Assembly: GCA_001938485.1 (NCBI GenBank)
Contig: MQRK01227610.1
Location: 1-51,361, forward strand
Length of the DNA: 51,361 bases
Direction of reading: 5' to 3'
Source of the DNA: Girardia tigrina
Lineage: Eukaryota
A program made the position numbers and the translations under genes. Below, piece after piece: positions 48,790 through 51,361 of this stretch (position 1 is the stretch's first letter; the number at the start of each line of letters is the position of its first letter). The notes below the pieces were generated by a model, which worked only from the letters and a program-made list of their open reading frames with translations, did no database searches and was not told the origin of the DNA.

Positions 48790-49696
48790 AATTTAAACAA
48801 TGATGAAATTAGAACCCTTCTGAAATCCCTGATGACCCTAGCGTTAGTCCCTGATGATGGTGTTATCACTGCCTTTATGGCTTTACTTGATCTTTCTAAT
48901 GATTATCCAAAACTCGATGATATCTTTGCATATCTTGAGGATACATATATTGGCCGTGCTCCTGGAGAACGAAGATCACGTCCTCGATATTCAATTCAGT
49001 GTTGGAATGTATATGACCGCGTTATTTCGCATCTACCACGCATAAACAATGCAATAGAAGGTTTACATAGTGCGATTCAAAATTCTATCGCTTGCAATCA
49101 CCAACTGTTTATAGTTTGATAAATCAATTTCGTACTGAACAAGATTTTGTTGAACTAATTTTGCAGCGCATTAGAGCAGGTGAAGAATTCTCACAATTCT
49201 CATCGCAAATTTATGTCAAAGTAAGTGAGTGGATTGAACGTGTCATTGAGCAATACAATAATTTACCAATATTGGATTATCTTAGATGCGTTGCTCATAA
49301 TTTAAACTTTTGGATTAAAGTATGTATTTAATATTCCATTAATTTAATATATCAGTTTAATGTTATTGTATCTTTCTTTTATTTACACATTACATTTTTT
49401 GGTGTGTTATTCATTTGTTGTAAAATGTTATTTGAATATTTTCTAAAAATTTGGAATTTACTAATTTTTCTTATGTTGTTTGTTTATTTTTTATAATAAA
49501 AAGAATAATTAAATGTCATGTCGGTCTGAAATTTTCTATCCAATTATGTTTTAAAATTAAAACCTTTGTATGATTCATTGTTTTATCATTACACAATTAA
49601 AAATTTTTATTCATATTTTAGATGATATTGTTCACTTATTGACAATTTTGTTGTAAATTTTCCCCTGTAAAGTCGAACGCGATAAAGTCGACGTAC
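48790..49696 (+). mobile_element. MULE (Mutator-like) transposon 3' part
   Basis: LALVP...FAYLEDTYIG...WNVYDRV...PRINNAIEGLHSAIQ and HPTVYSLINQFRTEQ; candidate terminus with repeated taaagtcg ending in cc at ~49696. Confidence 0.85.
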
Positions 49697-49879
49697 CGCA
49701 ATATACACAACTTTACAATTTATTAGAGCCGATTTTAGATTAATTAATAGCACTAGATATTATATTTAAATCATAATTTAAAATTATTTTCATAAAGGAT
49801 GACGGAAATTTTGTTTATGTGGCGATAATATCCTTAAAGATTAGAATAACTTATTAAGCCTGACAACAAGTTCTGTCTC

Positions 49880-50210
49880 TGAGAAAGACTCATATTGAAA
49901 ATTCCTAGCACTAATCTTAACGACTATCGAACAGTTCTCTTCAGTTTACAAAAGACTGATTCTATGGGGTTTAGGAAGAGGGAATATGTGACAAATGAAC
50001 AACTTCCCTAGGGTTCAGAAAGACAATGCCGGTGTGAGTAGAGGCGTTGTCATATATCAAATAATGTTTGGTGAGAGGAATGTGGTGGACGAGTTCTGAA
50101 AGAGATTCTTGATATTTGTCTCGATTCCTACTACCGACCTTAAAATGTACTGGTCCGCTTGTAGAGATAGCCATGATGAGGGAGATATTTTTATCTATAT
50201 TTTTGAACAT
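49880..50210 (-). mobile_element. IS630-Tc1-type (DD34E-like) transposase C-terminal fragment
   Basis: KNISLIMAIS...YLIYDNASTH...(frameshift)LNPIESVFCKLKR. Confidence 0.75.
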
Positions 50211-50495
50211 TAATTTATTTTAATTTTACATAGGGCCCTAGTAAAACGTTAAGTATCCTTAATCAATGAAAAGAAAATTGTATGTATGATGTGTTTTTCA
50301 ATTTATTAACATGTTGGCGTATCGAGGTGATTTGATAAAGTAATAAAAGAAATGTAAAAATTGAAGATTGATTTACTAATATTTATTTGCTTTATTACAA
50401 TAATTACAAGTTATTTCAATAAAAACTTAAACCTTATAGAATTGATTTTATAGTTTGGATGAAACGAGAAGAGTATTCTCTTACTCGAATTATTT

Positions 50496-50538
<43 letters not shown>

Positions 50539-50700
50539 GTTAACAAAGTATATAATTATATTTGTTTGATGCCTTCGATTATCGTACCTTTCAATTTCAA
50601 AGATTCACGCTTGATTTTCGCTTTTCTATTCGTTGAGTCCGAAGTTAATATTTGCGTATTTATGCTTCAATCAAGAGCTTTATATATACCTCTGATCAAT

Positions 50701-50777
50701 AATTAATTCAAGTTATTCTTTGCGTGAGATCCGTCTAATTAATTCAGGTTATTCTTTGCGTAAGATCTATCTAATTA
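50701..50777. repeat. Tandem duplication of a ~36-bp unit
   Basis: aattaattca(a/g)gttattcttt(t)gcgt(g/a)agatc..tct occurs twice. Confidence 0.8.
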
Positions 50778-51361
50778 CGAATTCTTTTGACTCTTGACCT
50801 TTCAATTTACTTTTAGTCGTTTAACTCTTGAGATATAATTAAGGCGTTAAACTTATTCTTAAAAATATAATTGGAGCGGAGAATTGCCAATTTGACCGAA
50901 CATTTTTGCCATTTTTAGGGATATATAAATAAAATATATAATTAAATAAATAAATTTCATTAAGTAAAAGAATTAAGTAAAATAAAGTAATTNNNNNNNN
51001 NNNNNNNNNNNNNNNNNNNNNNNNNNNNNNNNNNNNNNNNNNNNNNNNNNNNNNNNNNNNNNNNNNNNNAAATTAAATCAATAAAATTAATAATTTAAAT
51101 AATTATGCCGTTTTTTCTATGTTAATTTAAATCCGCAAACCACGTAAAAATTGGTTGTTTGGTCACAGTTTTATTATTTTGAATGAGGTCGGATTGTGTA
51201 ATCGTAAATATCGAGTGATTTGATTTCAGTCAAATTGTGAGACTCATATTGCATGCGGTTTGTAATATGCTTTCTGCTTTGGTATGTGTGATTAGGTAAT
51301 TTCTTTATGATTGAATGTCTGAATGCATGTTTGTGTGTATGAATGTAAATGTAAACCAATT

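Overview
AT-rich, transposon-dense eukaryotic DNA with several N gaps. It is probably from an invertebrate; the 45-48 nt minimal introns, (TA)n tracts and TE spectrum would fit a flatworm such as a planarian, but that is inference. Two host genes are supportable. (1) A + strand mitochondrial carrier of the SLC25A16 (Graves disease carrier / CoA transporter) type, with five visible exons at 3441-18310; its first exon lies outside the window and its two large introns are filled with nested transposons. (2) A - strand gene whose large terminal exon (33844-35187) encodes a 20+21 aa tandem repeat followed by a C-terminal transmembrane helix, preceded by candidate symmetric micro-exons. The rest is a mosaic of decayed mobile elements: several Ty3/Gypsy lineages, a BEL/Pao element, a Penelope-like 3' end, mariner, Tc1, Tigger/pogo, IS630-Tc1-like, three hAT types, MULE and Helentron-like repeats. 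The most notable observations are a ubiquitin domain ending in RGG fused directly to the start of a BEL/Pao Gag, a minimal hammerhead ribozyme behind the Penelope endonuclease tail, an LTR family with TG...TA termini and perfect 5-bp TSDs, three -1 ribosomal frameshift signals, and a 3.1 kb segment with ~340 bp inverted ends sitting between (TA)n tracts. All calls were made by eye; TE boundaries without a TSD or TIR are approximate.
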